Shown here one piece after another: positions 1 to 9,622 of a stretch of DNA of 64,000 bases. Below the pieces are notes generated by a model. The model did not search any database and was not told where the DNA came from. It saw only the letters and a program-made list of their open reading frames with translations. Made by a program: the position numbers and the translations under genes. The stretch lies in contig CAYUVA010000002.1 in assembly GCA_964448115.1 (NCBI GenBank), forward strand, positions 62,001 through 126,000. Direction: 5' to 3'. This stretch comes from an uncultured bacterium. GTDB lineage: Bacteria; CAYUVA01. The first letter of the stretch is position 1. Each line of letters starts with the position of its first letter.

Positions 1-369
1 ATTCAAACCACCCTTATTACTGATGCCTCCATAGCCAAGTATATCTCAGAATGCCAGGCGGTTCTCATAGGTGCCGATCGCATGGAGCCAGGCAAGATAA
101 TAAATAAGACAGGCTCGCTCCCCTTGGCTATCTGCGCTAACTACTTCGTGGTGCCAGTTTATGTTTTGGTTACTGAAGATAAGATCCTGACCAGTAATCT
201 CGTGGTTGATGAAACCGAGCATCCGATAAAAGAGGTCTGGGAGAATCCACCAGATGGGATACAGATAAGAAACCACTACTTTGAGGCTGTTCCCTTCAAT
301 CTAATCGATTTTATCGCCTGTGAAAGGGGAATCCTTAATCCATCAAAGCTGCTAATGGATCTCTCATAA
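1..369 (+). CDS. eIF-2B alpha/beta/delta family protein (sugar-phosphate isomerase-like), 5'-truncated by window edge
   Basis: Frame 1 is open from base 1: IQTTLITDASIAKYISECQAVLIGADRMEPGKIINKTGSLPLAICA...VPVYVL...NHYFEAVPFNLIDFIACERG, which carries the IF-2B family GAD, NKxG and N..FE/D motifs. Confidence 0.8.
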   Translation: MQTTLITDASIAKYISECQAVLIGADRMEPGKIINKTGSLPLAICANYFVVPVYVLVTEDKILTSNLVVDETEHPIKEVWENPPDGIQIRNHYFEAVPFNLIDFIACERGILNPSKLLMDLS

Positions 370-372
370 TTG

Positions 373-447
373 TCTGGTTGGTTAGTTTCTGGTTGATTAG
401 TTTCTGGTTGAATAGTTGTTTAGTTGTTTAGTTTCTAATTGATTAGG
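373..447. repeat. Degenerate short tandem repeat: three 15-nt units TCTGGTTGRWTAGTT, then GTTTAGTT x2 and a decayed copy
   Basis: TCTGGTTGGTTAGTT (373-387), TCTGGTTGATTAGTT (388-402), TCTGGTTGAATAGTT (403-417), GTTTAGTT GTTTAGTT (418-433); lies between convergent genes. Confidence 0.75.
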
Positions 448-483
448 TGCTTAGTTGAATAATTAGCTGGTGGCTGTGGTTGA

Positions 484-2028
484 CTAGTTTGAGAACAAAG
501 AAGCTCCCCCAAGCAGGTACTTGATATCCTCGTCTGTATAGATAAAGCCAGCTCCTATATAGATATTATCTTGCTTTGTTTGCAGGAAATCGTCCCATCC
601 GAAGTGAATAAAGAAATTGCGGTGCGGATATATGCGGCTATCAAGTCTTAAATGAGCCTCCATGTCCTCCCTGCCGAAGTCGAAGCCGTCTAGTGAAACC
701 ATCCAATGACCAGCAAACAAATTAAGATCGACCCCAAAACCGCCTGTGGACTCGATCAATCCCCCACGCAGCGTAAAATAGCCGAACTCCTTTGCCAGTT
801 GAGCAGTGATCTTGAAGCGGCTCTCCACCTTGTGCTGATGGGTGTATTCGGTAACCTCAGATCCATCGATGGTGGTGGTAGTTGTAATTTCGGTATCCTT
901 TACATACCCGAAGGGATCATCGACCACCTCGAGCAGGAAATACTTGTCCTCTCTGGGGAGAAACTTGAGGGTTACATAGCTCTTTATCTCCTCAGCATCG
1001 GTAAAGTACTCGGATCTGAAGCCGAGGTCGGTTCGAAAGCGCTCCAGCCTACCGAATAGTCGCTTGGCTGTGCCCAGGGTCTCATCGAGGCTATCCATTG
1101 TGCTGTTCAGCTTGCGCACCGTGTAGTCATCGTTGATCAGTTTTCCTATGGTCCCCTCACCCTGGTCTATCTTGCTGGCAACGCTCTTTACCTTTGAGAC
1201 TGTATCCTTTAACTCGGCGGCAGCGACCTTGACATCATCGACCGCCTTGCCCACCTTGTCTTGATTCTCGGTTATTATTCGATCCAGCTTTTCAGAGATA
1301 TTATCTAATTTAGCGAGTAATTCTGGAAGATTGGCTCGCAGATCCGCTGAGATAACCTCGATATTTCCGATGGAATTATCAACCTTTTCTCTATTAGCTC
1401 CTATAGCATCGCGAAGCTCACCGGAGATTGCTCGAATATTTTCCATTGCCTCTACAAAGTCTTGTCTGCTCGATTCCACGGTTACATCGAGGTTCCTTGC
1501 GGCATTCTCGATATGTTCTATTATGCTAGCGAGTGATGCCTGTCCTTCCTGGGTGCCGATGGTCAGCCTCAGGCTCTCGGTGATCGCCTTTATGTCCTTG
1601 CCAAGGCTGTTCATCGAATCGACCATCATATCGATGCTGATCGGCTCAATGCCATTGATACTATCCCCCTCGCCGAGTATCCTTCCATCGGGCTTTCCTG
1701 GACTAATTTCTATATACTTTTCACCCATCAATCCAAGTGATGCTATGGTGGCAGTAGCGCCCTCTCTTATAGCTACATCCGGCAGGATTCTCATAGTAAC
1801 AATTGGAATAGATTCCTCGAGCACGATGTTTATCACCTCGCCGCTTCGCACCCCGGAGACACGCACCTGGGCGCCTACTTCAAGCCCGATTACAGTGGGG
1901 AATTTGACGGACAAGTTATACCCCTCCTTCTTCCAGGGGGGTTGCAGGTAGCCGACCTGGACGGCAAGATAAGCGAAGACAGCAATGGCGATGATCACTA
2001 GCGCGCCTACTTTTGCTTCTGATTTCAA
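484..2028 (-). CDS. mlaD: MCE/MlaD family protein with long helical region and C-terminal beta-rich domain
   Basis: N-terminal EAKVG plus TM anchor; MCE motifs GLEVGAQVRVSGVRSGEV and GLMGEKYIEISPG; GEGTIGKLIND motif; overlaps the MlaF stop by 4 nt. Confidence 0.9.
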   Translation of the reverse strand: MKSEAKVGALVIIAIAVFAYLAVQVGYLQPPWKKEGYNLSVKFPTVIGLEVGAQVRVSGVRSGEVINIVLEESIPIVTMRILPDVAIREGATATIASLGLMGEKYIEISPGKPDGRILGEGDSINGIEPISIDMMVDSMNSLGKDIKAITESLRLTIGTQEGQASLASIIEHIENAARNLDVTVESSRQDFVEAMENIRAISGELRDAIGANREKVDNSIGNIEVISADLRANLPELLAKLDNISEKLDRIITENQDKVGKAVDDVKVAAAELKDTVSKVKSVASKIDQGEGTIGKLINDDYTVRKLNSTMDSLDETLGTAKRLFGRLERFRTDLGFRSEYFTDAEEIKSYVTLKFLPREDKYFLLEVVDDPFGYVKDTEITTTTTIDGSEVTEYTHQHKVESRFKITAQLAKEFGYFTLRGGLIESTGGFGVDLNLFAGHWMVSLDGFDFGREDMEAHLRLDSRIYPHRNFFIHFGWDDFLQTKQDNIYIGAGFIYTDEDIKYLLGGASLFSN

Positions 2029-2816
2029 CTTTCCTCTCTACTGGTTGCGATTTTTATAGGTCCCTCGGCTTTACCGTGGATAAACTGCTGGACAATCGGA
2101 TTGGATGAATTCCTGATCTCATCGGGAGTGCCAATCTGTACGATCTTTCCCTGGTAGAGCATTCCGATGCGATCCGCTATCTTGTAAGCGCTCACCATGT
2201 CGTGGGTTATAGCAACACCGGTTACCTTCAGCCTATTATTTAGGCTCAGGATCAAGTTGTTGATCACATCTGCCATTATGGGATCAAGCCCGGTGGTAGG
2301 TTCATCGTATAGCAATATCTCTGGCTCCATAGCTATTGCCCTGGCTAAACTAACCCGTTTTTTCATGCCACCAGATAGCTCGGAAGGCCAAAGATCGAGC
2401 ACATCTTCTTTCAATCCAACCATCGATAGCTTCTGAGCTGCTATATCTCTTATCTTGGATCTCTTCATTCGGGTATGGTTCTTCAATCCAAAGCCTATGT
2501 TTTCCCAGACCTTTAGCGAGTCGAACAGGGCAGCGTACTGGAAGAGCATGCCGAAGAGCTTGCGTATCTCGTTCAACCTCTTTTCGTTCCTGGTATCCAG
2601 CCTTTCCCCCTTTATATAGATATCTCCTTCATCAGGAGTAATGAGACCGATTATATTCTTGATGAGAACACTCTTTCCAACACCGCTTTGCCCTATAATG
2701 ACAACGGTCTCTCCCTGATTTACTTGTAGGTCGCAACCATCGAGCACTACATTTTTGCCGAAGCTCTTCTTCAAGCCCACGACCTTTATCATAGGTTGAG
2801 CAATATTTTCTTGCAT
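2025..2816 (-). CDS. mlaF: MlaF/Ttg2A-type ABC transporter ATP-binding protein
   Basis: Walker A GQSGVGKS, GMLFQYAALFDS, signature LSGGMKKRV, DEPTTGLDP, C-terminal VQQFIHGKAEGP. Confidence 0.93.
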   Translation of the reverse strand: MQENIAQPMIKVVGLKKSFGKNVVLDGCDLQVNQGETVVIIGQSGVGKSVLIKNIIGLITPDEGDIYIKGERLDTRNEKRLNEIRKLFGMLFQYAALFDSLKVWENIGFGLKNHTRMKRSKIRDIAAQKLSMVGLKEDVLDLWPSELSGGMKKRVSLARAIAMEPEILLYDEPTTGLDPIMADVINNLILSLNNRLKVTGVAITHDMVSAYKIADRIGMLYQGKIVQIGTPDEIRNSSNPIVQQFIHGKAEGPIKIATSREES

Positions 2817-2921
2817 GGTCTATCAAATGGTCTAGTATATTCTCTATATTCTGAAAAGACAAATAGTAACTTTGAGCGATCAGAGTTTCTATGGTGAGAA
2901 AATAATCAAATAAATATATAC

Positions 2922-2940
2922 ATTCATTTCAGAAATGAAT
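2922..2940. promoter_or_regulatory. Perfect 19-bp palindrome, candidate transcription-factor operator upstream of mlaF-mlaD
   Basis: ATTCATTTC-A-GAAATGAAT in AT-rich intergenic DNA ~105 bp upstream of the mlaF start; a 1-nt centre cannot form a perfect hairpin loop. Confidence 0.4.
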
Positions 2941-2972
2941 TAATGTATTTTTATTGATTTTTCATCAATTGA

Positions 2973-3239
2973 CTATTCATTAAGCACATAATGCGCTCCT
3001 CTTCCCTTGCCAACCAGCCTTAGAATCCCTTTTTCCTTCATTCTTCTTAATAAAGCCGATGCTTGTTGACGAGTCAGATTACATAATTCCATGGCTTCCT
3101 TGCAGGAAACTTGATTGCTCATGCAGACCACCGCCTCGAGCAGATCTCCATCACTTATTGCCCCCTTGGACTCACCTTTGAACTCTACTTCAAGCGATTC
3201 ACCACTTTTTATCAGTTCCAGTAAGCACTCTGGTGTCAT
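2973..3239 (-). pseudogene. Internally deleted AlbA_2 (Schlafen-like)-HATPase-wHTH gene; N-terminal AlbA_2 stub fused in frame to the C-terminal winged HTH (88 aa)
   Basis: LIKSGESLEVEFKGE...LLEAVVCMSN (AlbA_2 start) joins directly to SCKEAMELCNLTRQQASALLRRMKEKGILRLVGKGRGAHY (wHTH end); AGGAG RBS retained. Confidence 0.7.
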
Positions 3240-3258
3240 GATTCGTTTTTTCTCCTTT

Positions 3259-6057
3259 CTAAAATGGATAACCTAGCGACAGGTAAAATTCGCCCGCCGA
3301 TTCGCCCGACTCGCGTCTGGTCTTGGCAGCATATTCGATCGATAGCGGTCCAATCGGCGTTACATAGCGCAACCCGCCACCGATAGAGCTTCTCAGATCA
3401 CCAAGATCATAATCCCACGAATCAAGCCATGCATTCCCCGTATCATAGAAGACCACTCCCTCTAAGCTCTGCCAAATAGGAAACCGAAGCTCTAGTTTCA
3501 TTACCAACGAGGATTTGCCACCTAAAGGATCTCCACTTTCATCGTCCTTGGGTCCGAGCATATCCCTCTCGTAGCCGCGCACCGTGTTATATCCCCCCAA
3601 GAAGAATAGCTCGCTTATCGGTGGCTCTTGATCGTTTTTGAAGGCATCCACCGAGCCGAGACTAATTGATCCCGCAAGGGTGATCAGGTTAAAAGCACTC
3701 ACAAAGTGCGAATGTGAGATCTCAAGGCTGTAAAAATCGGTGTCTGATCCTAGAAAAGAAGCTGCCAGTCCACAGGCGGCTGAGGATCTGAAGCCATTTG
3801 TCGGTCTGAAGGGGTCATTGCGCGTATCCACAATGTAGATCGGTTTCAGCTTGCCTATATTAGCATGTTCATTGATGCCGTCATTTTCAATGATGGTCTC
3901 TGCAAGATCGTAATACTTCACCCGCTCCAGGTTGTATATCAAGTTTATGCTCGTTTTCATCCCTAGTTTGCGATAGAAGGTGATCTTTCCCCCTATTGAT
4001 TCCGCAGAGTAGCTCTCATGAATATCGTCCTGGTAATATAGGTCGGCGCGAAACCTAAAAGGTCTGCCTAGAAACCATCTATCAGCATAAGATAATGCGA
4101 AACACTGCTTGTATTTCCCCAATATAGCCTCGCTTCCAACATAATGACCTCCACCAAATAGATTCCTGTTTGCCAAGCTTAGATATCCTCTCAAGCCCTC
4201 ATCGCTGTTAATATCAACTCCAAGGTCAAGCACCAAAGATTTACGCTCCTTGAGCTTGATTAGAACATCCATCTTGCCAGGTCTCTCTATTGATGGTATT
4301 CCCTCGATCATTACGCCGGAAAACAATCCAGTATCATACAACTTCTCTTGATTTTCATGCAGTACTTCAGCATGAAAACGATCCCCATGGTTAAAGGAAA
4401 GTTCACGGTCGATCACATGCGCTTTAGTCTTGAAGTTTCCCTGGTGTATTACCTTTTCAATGGTATATAAGGCTCCCTGCTCAATAACCATGTTAAGATC
4501 AATTATATTAGGATCCAGGCGGGGATACTTGATAGCCTGCACAGCCACATCCGCATATCCGGCCTGCAAATAATGGGAGATAACTGCTTTCGCCGCCTTA
4601 TCGACTCGCTCCTCAGTATAATAAGATCTGGTTTTCAACCCGGTTATGGCAAGCAGTTCATCATCTGAAAAAGCACTGTTACCGAGCATTCCAATATTAC
4701 TAAAAGTGTATTGACTCCCCTCCATTATCTTAAGGTAAATGTCGGTGAAGTTTCCCCGCCGGTTTTGTTTAAGCCCTATAAGCGAAACATTTGCATCCAG
4801 GTATCCATGTTGGTGATACATCGCTTCGATTGTTTCCATATCTTGCTTTAGCTTATCCATGCTGAAACCTGCCTTGGATAATGACAAGAATCCTCGATCC
4901 ATCACCGACATCTGATCTCGTATCTCGTGGTGGGTAAATTCCTGTAACCCCGTAATTTCGAGGTTTCGTGCCGTAGTCCGCATCCCCCTGGTTATTTTAT
5001 AGGTCAATGTAACCTCTTGCTCTTGGCTGCGAGCAATATCTGCCTCCACCTTGGGCTGATGATAGCCCTCGGCTTTTAATTCATCGATTATTTTTTCTTT
5101 ATTTTCAAGGATCTTTGTCGAAAATTCCTTCTGTCCAATTGACCAATCGAGCTTATCTTTCAATTTACGGGCTTGCAGCCAGCCGACACCCTTGAGCTTA
5201 ACTTTTACCTTGGGACCTCTTTTTACAGGGATTGTAATATCCACAAGGGTTTGATCCTGGTTGAACACTAAAATTGGCTCCTTGAGCTGGGCAGCAAAGT
5301 AATCGCCTTCCAAATAAAGCTGTCTCATTGTTGCAAGATCGTCCTGAAATTGCTCCTTATCGAACCGATAATTTCTCTTGGTCTTTATCTTAAGGTTGAA
5401 CTTTATATTATTGCAGGGAAGCTCCCCATGGACCTTGAAGCTGTTTATCATGGTCGGCTCGCCAAGCTCCAGGCTAAATTTCAAGTGATAATATCCGCTG
5501 CCACCAAGCGGCACCAGTTCATGGGTTACTTTGGCTTTGGGGAATCCTCGATTTTGGTAGTAATTTGCAAGCTCTTTTTCTGCCCGTTTCGCCTTCTGTT
5601 GGTCATATTCATCGTATATCTTAAATCTGGCTATCTTTAGCAGCTCGCTTTTTAGGGCAGCCTTTTTATTCTTGAAGCTAATTTTTCTTATCAACATCTT
5701 TTTCGATAGCTCGAAGCGCAATGTTAAACCGGCATCTTCTTTAATTGCATAAGCCTTGATATCGCGGAAAAGACCCTTCATATACAGGAGTCTTATCGAC
5801 CTTCGGAGCTTGCTGGGGGTTAGCATGTCCCCTTGGTGGATCTCTATCAGCTCGAGAAGTTCCTGGTTATTTATATCAAGGTCGCTGATCAACTCTATTT
5901 TCTCGACCCTCCATCCCCAGTATTGATCCTGAGTATTCGCGGTCACAATGCTAGCGCAAAAAAGAATTGTTATTACGATATTGCTGCATAATAGTGCAGC
6001 CTTACTCGAACTCGAAATGGAAGCGCGGTCCCATGGTAAGGGATCCATCCACATCAC
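3259..6057 (-). CDS. Omp85 family (BamA/TamA-like) outer membrane assembly factor with multiple POTRA domains
   Basis: POTRA-like repeats (e.g. GNFKTKAHVIDREL...LYDTGLF), barrel loop FFLGGYNTVRGY, C-terminus GGGLRYVTPIGPLSIEYA...FYLSLGYPF; exact start uncertain because it overlaps tamB. Confidence 0.9.
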   Translation of the reverse strand: MMWMDPLPWDRASISSSSKAALLCSNIVITILFCASIVTANTQDQYWGWRVEKIELISDLDINNQELLELIEIHQGDMLTPSKLRRSIRLLYMKGLFRDIKAYAIKEDAGLTLRFELSKKMLIRKISFKNKKAALKSELLKIARFKIYDEYDQQKAKRAEKELANYYQNRGFPKAKVTHELVPLGGSGYYHLKFSLELGEPTMINSFKVHGELPCNNIKFNLKIKTKRNYRFDKEQFQDDLATMRQLYLEGDYFAAQLKEPILVFNQDQTLVDITIPVKRGPKVKVKLKGVGWLQARKLKDKLDWSIGQKEFSTKILENKEKIIDELKAEGYHQPKVEADIARSQEQEVTLTYKITRGMRTTARNLEITGLQEFTHHEIRDQMSVMDRGFLSLSKAGFSMDKLKQDMETIEAMYHQHGYLDANVSLIGLKQNRRGNFTDIYLKIMEGSQYTFSNIGMLGNSAFSDDELLAITGLKTRSYYTEERVDKAAKAVISHYLQAGYADVAVQAIKYPRLDPNIIDLNMVIEQGALYTIEKVIHQGNFKTKAHVIDRELSFNHGDRFHAEVLHENQEKLYDTGLFSGVMIEGIPSIERPGKMDVLIKLKERKSLVLDLGVDINSDEGLRGYLSLANRNLFGGGHYVGSEAILGKYKQCFALSYADRWFLGRPFRFRADLYYQDDIHESYSAESIGGKITFYRKLGMKTSINLIYNLERVKYYDLAETIIENDGINEHANIGKLKPIYIVDTRNDPFRPTNGFRSSAACGLAASFLGSDTDFYSLEISHSHFVSAFNLITLAGSISLGSVDAFKNDQEPPISELFFLGGYNTVRGYERDMLGPKDDESGDPLGGKSSLVMKLELRFPIWQSLEGVVFYDTGNAWLDSWDYDLGDLRSSIGGGLRYVTPIGPLSIEYAAKTRRESGESAGEFYLSLGYPF

Positions 6058-9000
6058 GACCTCCTGATATCCAAAGGTTATCGCCGACTTGATATTCCAA
6101 TTTCACCAGGTCATTATCCCCGCTTAAGTCCTTGGTATAAGATAACCGAAGCCCCTTACCAAGTTGATGAGCAATGATTATCGCAGACGAATCCGAGCTG
6201 CTGGAGCCGCCCAACCAATCGCTTTGAATCTTGACCTCATCGACCCCCATCACTTTGCTGACCTGTTTTCCCATCGCATCCTCCAACTGATCGCTTAGCA
6301 GGCTTAGTGCCTTTGCTTCCAGGTCATTGCCCGAGGAGCCGCTGCCTGAGCCTGAAGCGCTTGCAGATGCCGTATCGCTGGAGCCTAGGGCGCTACCGGT
6401 GGTAATCAAAGAGAAAACCCCCGCCTCGCTCAGGGGGGGATCGCTGCGAGCATCGATGGCAAAGTTATTTGTTCTACCGCTGATGCCTATGAATACCTCG
6501 TAATCTGATAGGTTGCTACTCAGTCGAATATCGAAATAGGGGTCTAATATCCTTGGGTCATAAAAGTCGATGCTTGCATAATCTACTGTGAATTGGTTTC
6601 CCTTAAATAAAAGCTGTCCGCTTGGAATATCGATCTTCCCCGAGAACTCCGGTGAGCCTAAAGTGCCACTTATCTCCATGCTCCCTTGAAGTTCCAATCT
6701 ACCGAGATTGTTATTTATAAGAACATCTTCGGGGAATTCAGCCAGGATCTCAAGTTGCAATCCATCAAGAAACCCGGGGAGTTTGCCCCTTGGTGAATAT
6801 CTTTTTCCGCCGAAGCTCTTTACAATTGAAGCGAGTTCAACATCCTTTACATACCGCGCTGAGATCACATCGATCTTACCGCTTAATATCATGGAATCGA
6901 GCATCCCGTAACAATCAAGATCAGCATCGAATAATGCACTGTATGTTCCAGGAACTGACATGGGAATATTAGCTAGTGAAAGGTGCAGATCCACCAAGTC
7001 CGGCCTCAAGCCCCTCAGCTTGATCTCTCCGCCGAGATCTATCCTCCCTTCACCCATATTGGCAAGGCAGTTGTTTATATCAACGCCCTCGGCATCGAAA
7101 TCGAGACGACAGTTCATGTTCCTGAGCGGCTTTGATATAGCCGGCATCTGCATATAGCCATCGATGATCTTTGCCCTGCCCTTGATCACGGGCTTCCTAA
7201 TAATTCCATCAATAACCAGTCCAGCGATGAAGCGTCCACGACTGTCGGTTATATGCCTGGTTAGGTTCTGCATCAAGCCGAGATCCACCATGCCGACAGC
7301 CTTAGCGGTGATATTCTGATCCGCAGCCAGGCGCCCGGATAATAACAGGTCGATCCCTTGACCCTTCAGTTCAACCGGTTCAAGCAGATAGCTCTCCTCG
7401 GTTATCTTTAGCACCATTGGAGCATTGTTGCTGAACTCGATGGGCGGTATATCTACCTTCATTTGATCAATGCTAAGTTTTCCCTTGTATGTATTTCTAT
7501 CCCCAATATTGCCGATGAAACCCATTACTCCATTGAGCTTGATAGATCTCGCATTCATTGAGTCAGAACCTAGAAAATTGACCAGCGGAGCAAGCTCGAT
7601 ATCTTGTATCTTTGCAGCCATCTTCAAGTGTTTGTCCAGGGGATTGAAGCTACCTTGGGCAAAGAGGTCTTCATCGAATAATAGTGCCTTGAAGACGATA
7701 TTATTATCGCTGGTCTCCAGCTTGATCATTTGCCTGCCTAGCAAAGAGCCGAGCAGACTGCTATTTTTCATATCGAGCAAAGCGTAGGATATATAACTTC
7801 TCTTTTTAGCCAGCGGATCGTCCTCATCGAGCAGTTTGATATCCAAGTTAGATGAGAACTCCAACGGCTTCCCCTTCAGCTCAAGCTTTTTAAATACAAT
7901 TGCCTTCTTGCTCAGCTTGCCCTCAATTTCAAGCTGATCTACCCTATATTCAGCATAGCCAGCGTTCTTGGCTTGAGCGGTTATCGTGCCCTCGAAGTAA
8001 GGGAAGCGACCCTTGAGATCAATATTGCCATCCAGCGAACCGAATAGTGCCTCAACCCCGAAGATCCCAGCCACAGCCCCGATATCTTGCAAACTAGCAG
8101 AACCATGAAGGTCAACCTCGCCATCCAACGATATCCTGCCTGACAGATCTAACTTATTGGCAAGCAACTCTGCCCTGCATCTTTTTATTCTAACATGATC
8201 AGGGCTTATAGTCAGGTTTATATCCGCATTGGGTGCAGCATATCCGCCGATATATATCCCATCCATCTGGAACAACTTTACGCTCAAGTGCCCCTGGGAG
8301 CGCCATGGTTTATCGAGCATTCCCTGCATGTCTAGGCTAATATCCGCATAACTGGATAGGTATTCACCCTTTTGGATCAGACACTTTAGCGCAGCCGGCA
8401 AGTTGAGCTGTCTGATATCAGCCACCGCCCGGTAACTGGAGAATTGCGATGAGTTATCAAGCATAAGATCAATATCGAAATAGCCATCATCGGGGAGGTA
8501 TCCCTGCAACAACAGGGTCGTCTGCTCAAGGCTAGATGCGCCCTGGAAATCAACACCCTGCATTTGAAGATTCTCAATCTGAAAAAATGGCAGCGATCCC
8601 CTGTATTCCAAAGTAGGACTTGCGAGTTTGCCCCGGATCAGCATGTGAATAGATATATCCCCCTGGATGCCAAGCGGTGGGTAAACCACCTCTGCGATAC
8701 GATCAATCCTGGAATCGAAATCGAGCGCCATGTTGATATAGGGCTCCTTTTCAATATCGGTGATATTCCCTTCTGCGCTTAGGGCAAGATGCGGACTTTT
8801 CAGGGAGAGTTCCCTAATATAAAGGTTGCCTTGGGTGTAGCGCCATGAAATCTTGAACTTATCAACTAACAAGGGGCGACGCCTGTAAACCACCATCCCT
8901 CTACCGGTCTCCAGGGTACCCTCGCTTAATGATTCAATCAGGCTCAAATCAGCGCTGATGTCCATATCAGCGAGATCGATGTCCAGTCCAGTAGCCTGAT

Positions 9001-9484
9001 CCCGACACAACAGCTTCCCGTCATTTATGGTGATGCTTTTAAGGAGAATATTTGCCGAGCTTGAACCCTTGGAGGGGGATAATGCCTTATCCTGCCTTTG
9101 GATCACAGGAGAGGCTAGTTTACCATCAGCAGCCGAAATTAGCTTAATGGTGGGGCTGGACAACTTTACATGCTCGAATATTATCTTGCCGCTTAAAAAA
9201 CCGGTGAACTCTGCATTCGCCTTAAGATCCCTGCATTTGAAGAATATTTCACCGGTGTCCGGATAGCGGATCTCAACACCAGAAAGACCGATCTTGCCAG
9301 TTATCAAGCTGATGGAGAGCCTATCGATGTTTAAGTCGAGACCTGCGTTCTCTCTTATCTCCTTCAAGAGTTTATCTTTTATTTTCTCTTGAACAGCGCT
9401 GCTATGGAAGGCTAGCAAGGGGAGCAGAATCGCAGCCACCAGAATGTTGCCGATCACCAATGCGAGTTTTCCCTTGATAAACAT
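6002..9484 (-). CDS. tamB: TamB/AsmA-like translocation and assembly module protein
   Basis: N-terminal TM, AsmA-like start, long beta-taco-like repeats, DUF490-type C-terminus (GSMEISGTLGSPEFSG, SDPPLSEAGVFSLITTG); adjacent to an Omp85 gene. Confidence 0.85.
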   Translation of the reverse strand: MFIKGKLALVIGNILVAAILLPLLAFHSSAVQEKIKDKLLKEIRENAGLDLNIDRLSISLITGKIGLSGVEIRYPDTGEIFFKCRDLKANAEFTGFLSGKIIFEHVKLSSPTIKLISAADGKLASPVIQRQDKALSPSKGSSSANILLKSITINDGKLLCRDQATGLDIDLADMDISADLSLIESLSEGTLETGRGMVVYRRRPLLVDKFKISWRYTQGNLYIRELSLKSPHLALSAEGNITDIEKEPYINMALDFDSRIDRIAEVVYPPLGIQGDISIHMLIRGKLASPTLEYRGSLPFFQIENLQMQGVDFQGASSLEQTTLLLQGYLPDDGYFDIDLMLDNSSQFSSYRAVADIRQLNLPAALKCLIQKGEYLSSYADISLDMQGMLDKPWRSQGHLSVKLFQMDGIYIGGYAAPNADINLTISPDHVRIKRCRAELLANKLDLSGRISLDGEVDLHGSASLQDIGAVAGIFGVEALFGSLDGNIDLKGRFPYFEGTITAQAKNAGYAEYRVDQLEIEGKLSKKAIVFKKLELKGKPLEFSSNLDIKLLDEDDPLAKKRSYISYALLDMKNSSLLGSLLGRQMIKLETSDNNIVFKALLFDEDLFAQGSFNPLDKHLKMAAKIQDIELAPLVNFLGSDSMNARSIKLNGVMGFIGNIGDRNTYKGKLSIDQMKVDIPPIEFSNNAPMVLKITEESYLLEPVELKGQGIDLLLSGRLAADQNITAKAVGMVDLGLMQNLTRHITDSRGRFIAGLVIDGIIRKPVIKGRAKIIDGYMQMPAISKPLRNMNCRLDFDAEGVDINNCLANMGEGRIDLGGEIKLRGLRPDLVDLHLSLANIPMSVPGTYSALFDADLDCYGMLDSMILSGKIDVISARYVKDVELASIVKSFGGKRYSPRGKLPGFLDGLQLEILAEFPEDVLINNNLGRLELQGSMEISGTLGSPEFSGKIDIPSGQLLFKGNQFTVDYASIDFYDPRILDPYFDIRLSSNLSDYEVFIGISGRTNNFAIDARSDPPLSEAGVFSLITTGSALGSSDTASASASGSGSGSSGNDLEAKALSLLSDQLEDAMGKQVSKVMGVDEVKIQSDWLGGSSSSDSSAIIIAHQLGKGLRLSYTKDLSGDNDLVKLEYQVGDNLWISGGRDVDGSLTMGPRFHFEFE

Positions 9485-9622
9485 CCTCTTGGCTGCCTTG
9501 GATTGAACTAAAAATCAACGGTAACTAGCAAGACATTCTAGCATAGTTCCACCGTATGCAGAAGCAATCGATGTTGATATATTAGCCTTTTATCTTAAAA
9601 ATGCAAAATAATTAAAATAAGC

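Noticed and set aside
373-480. Possible CRISPR array
   Set aside because: Units are 8-15 nt and contiguous, with no unique spacers and no cas genes
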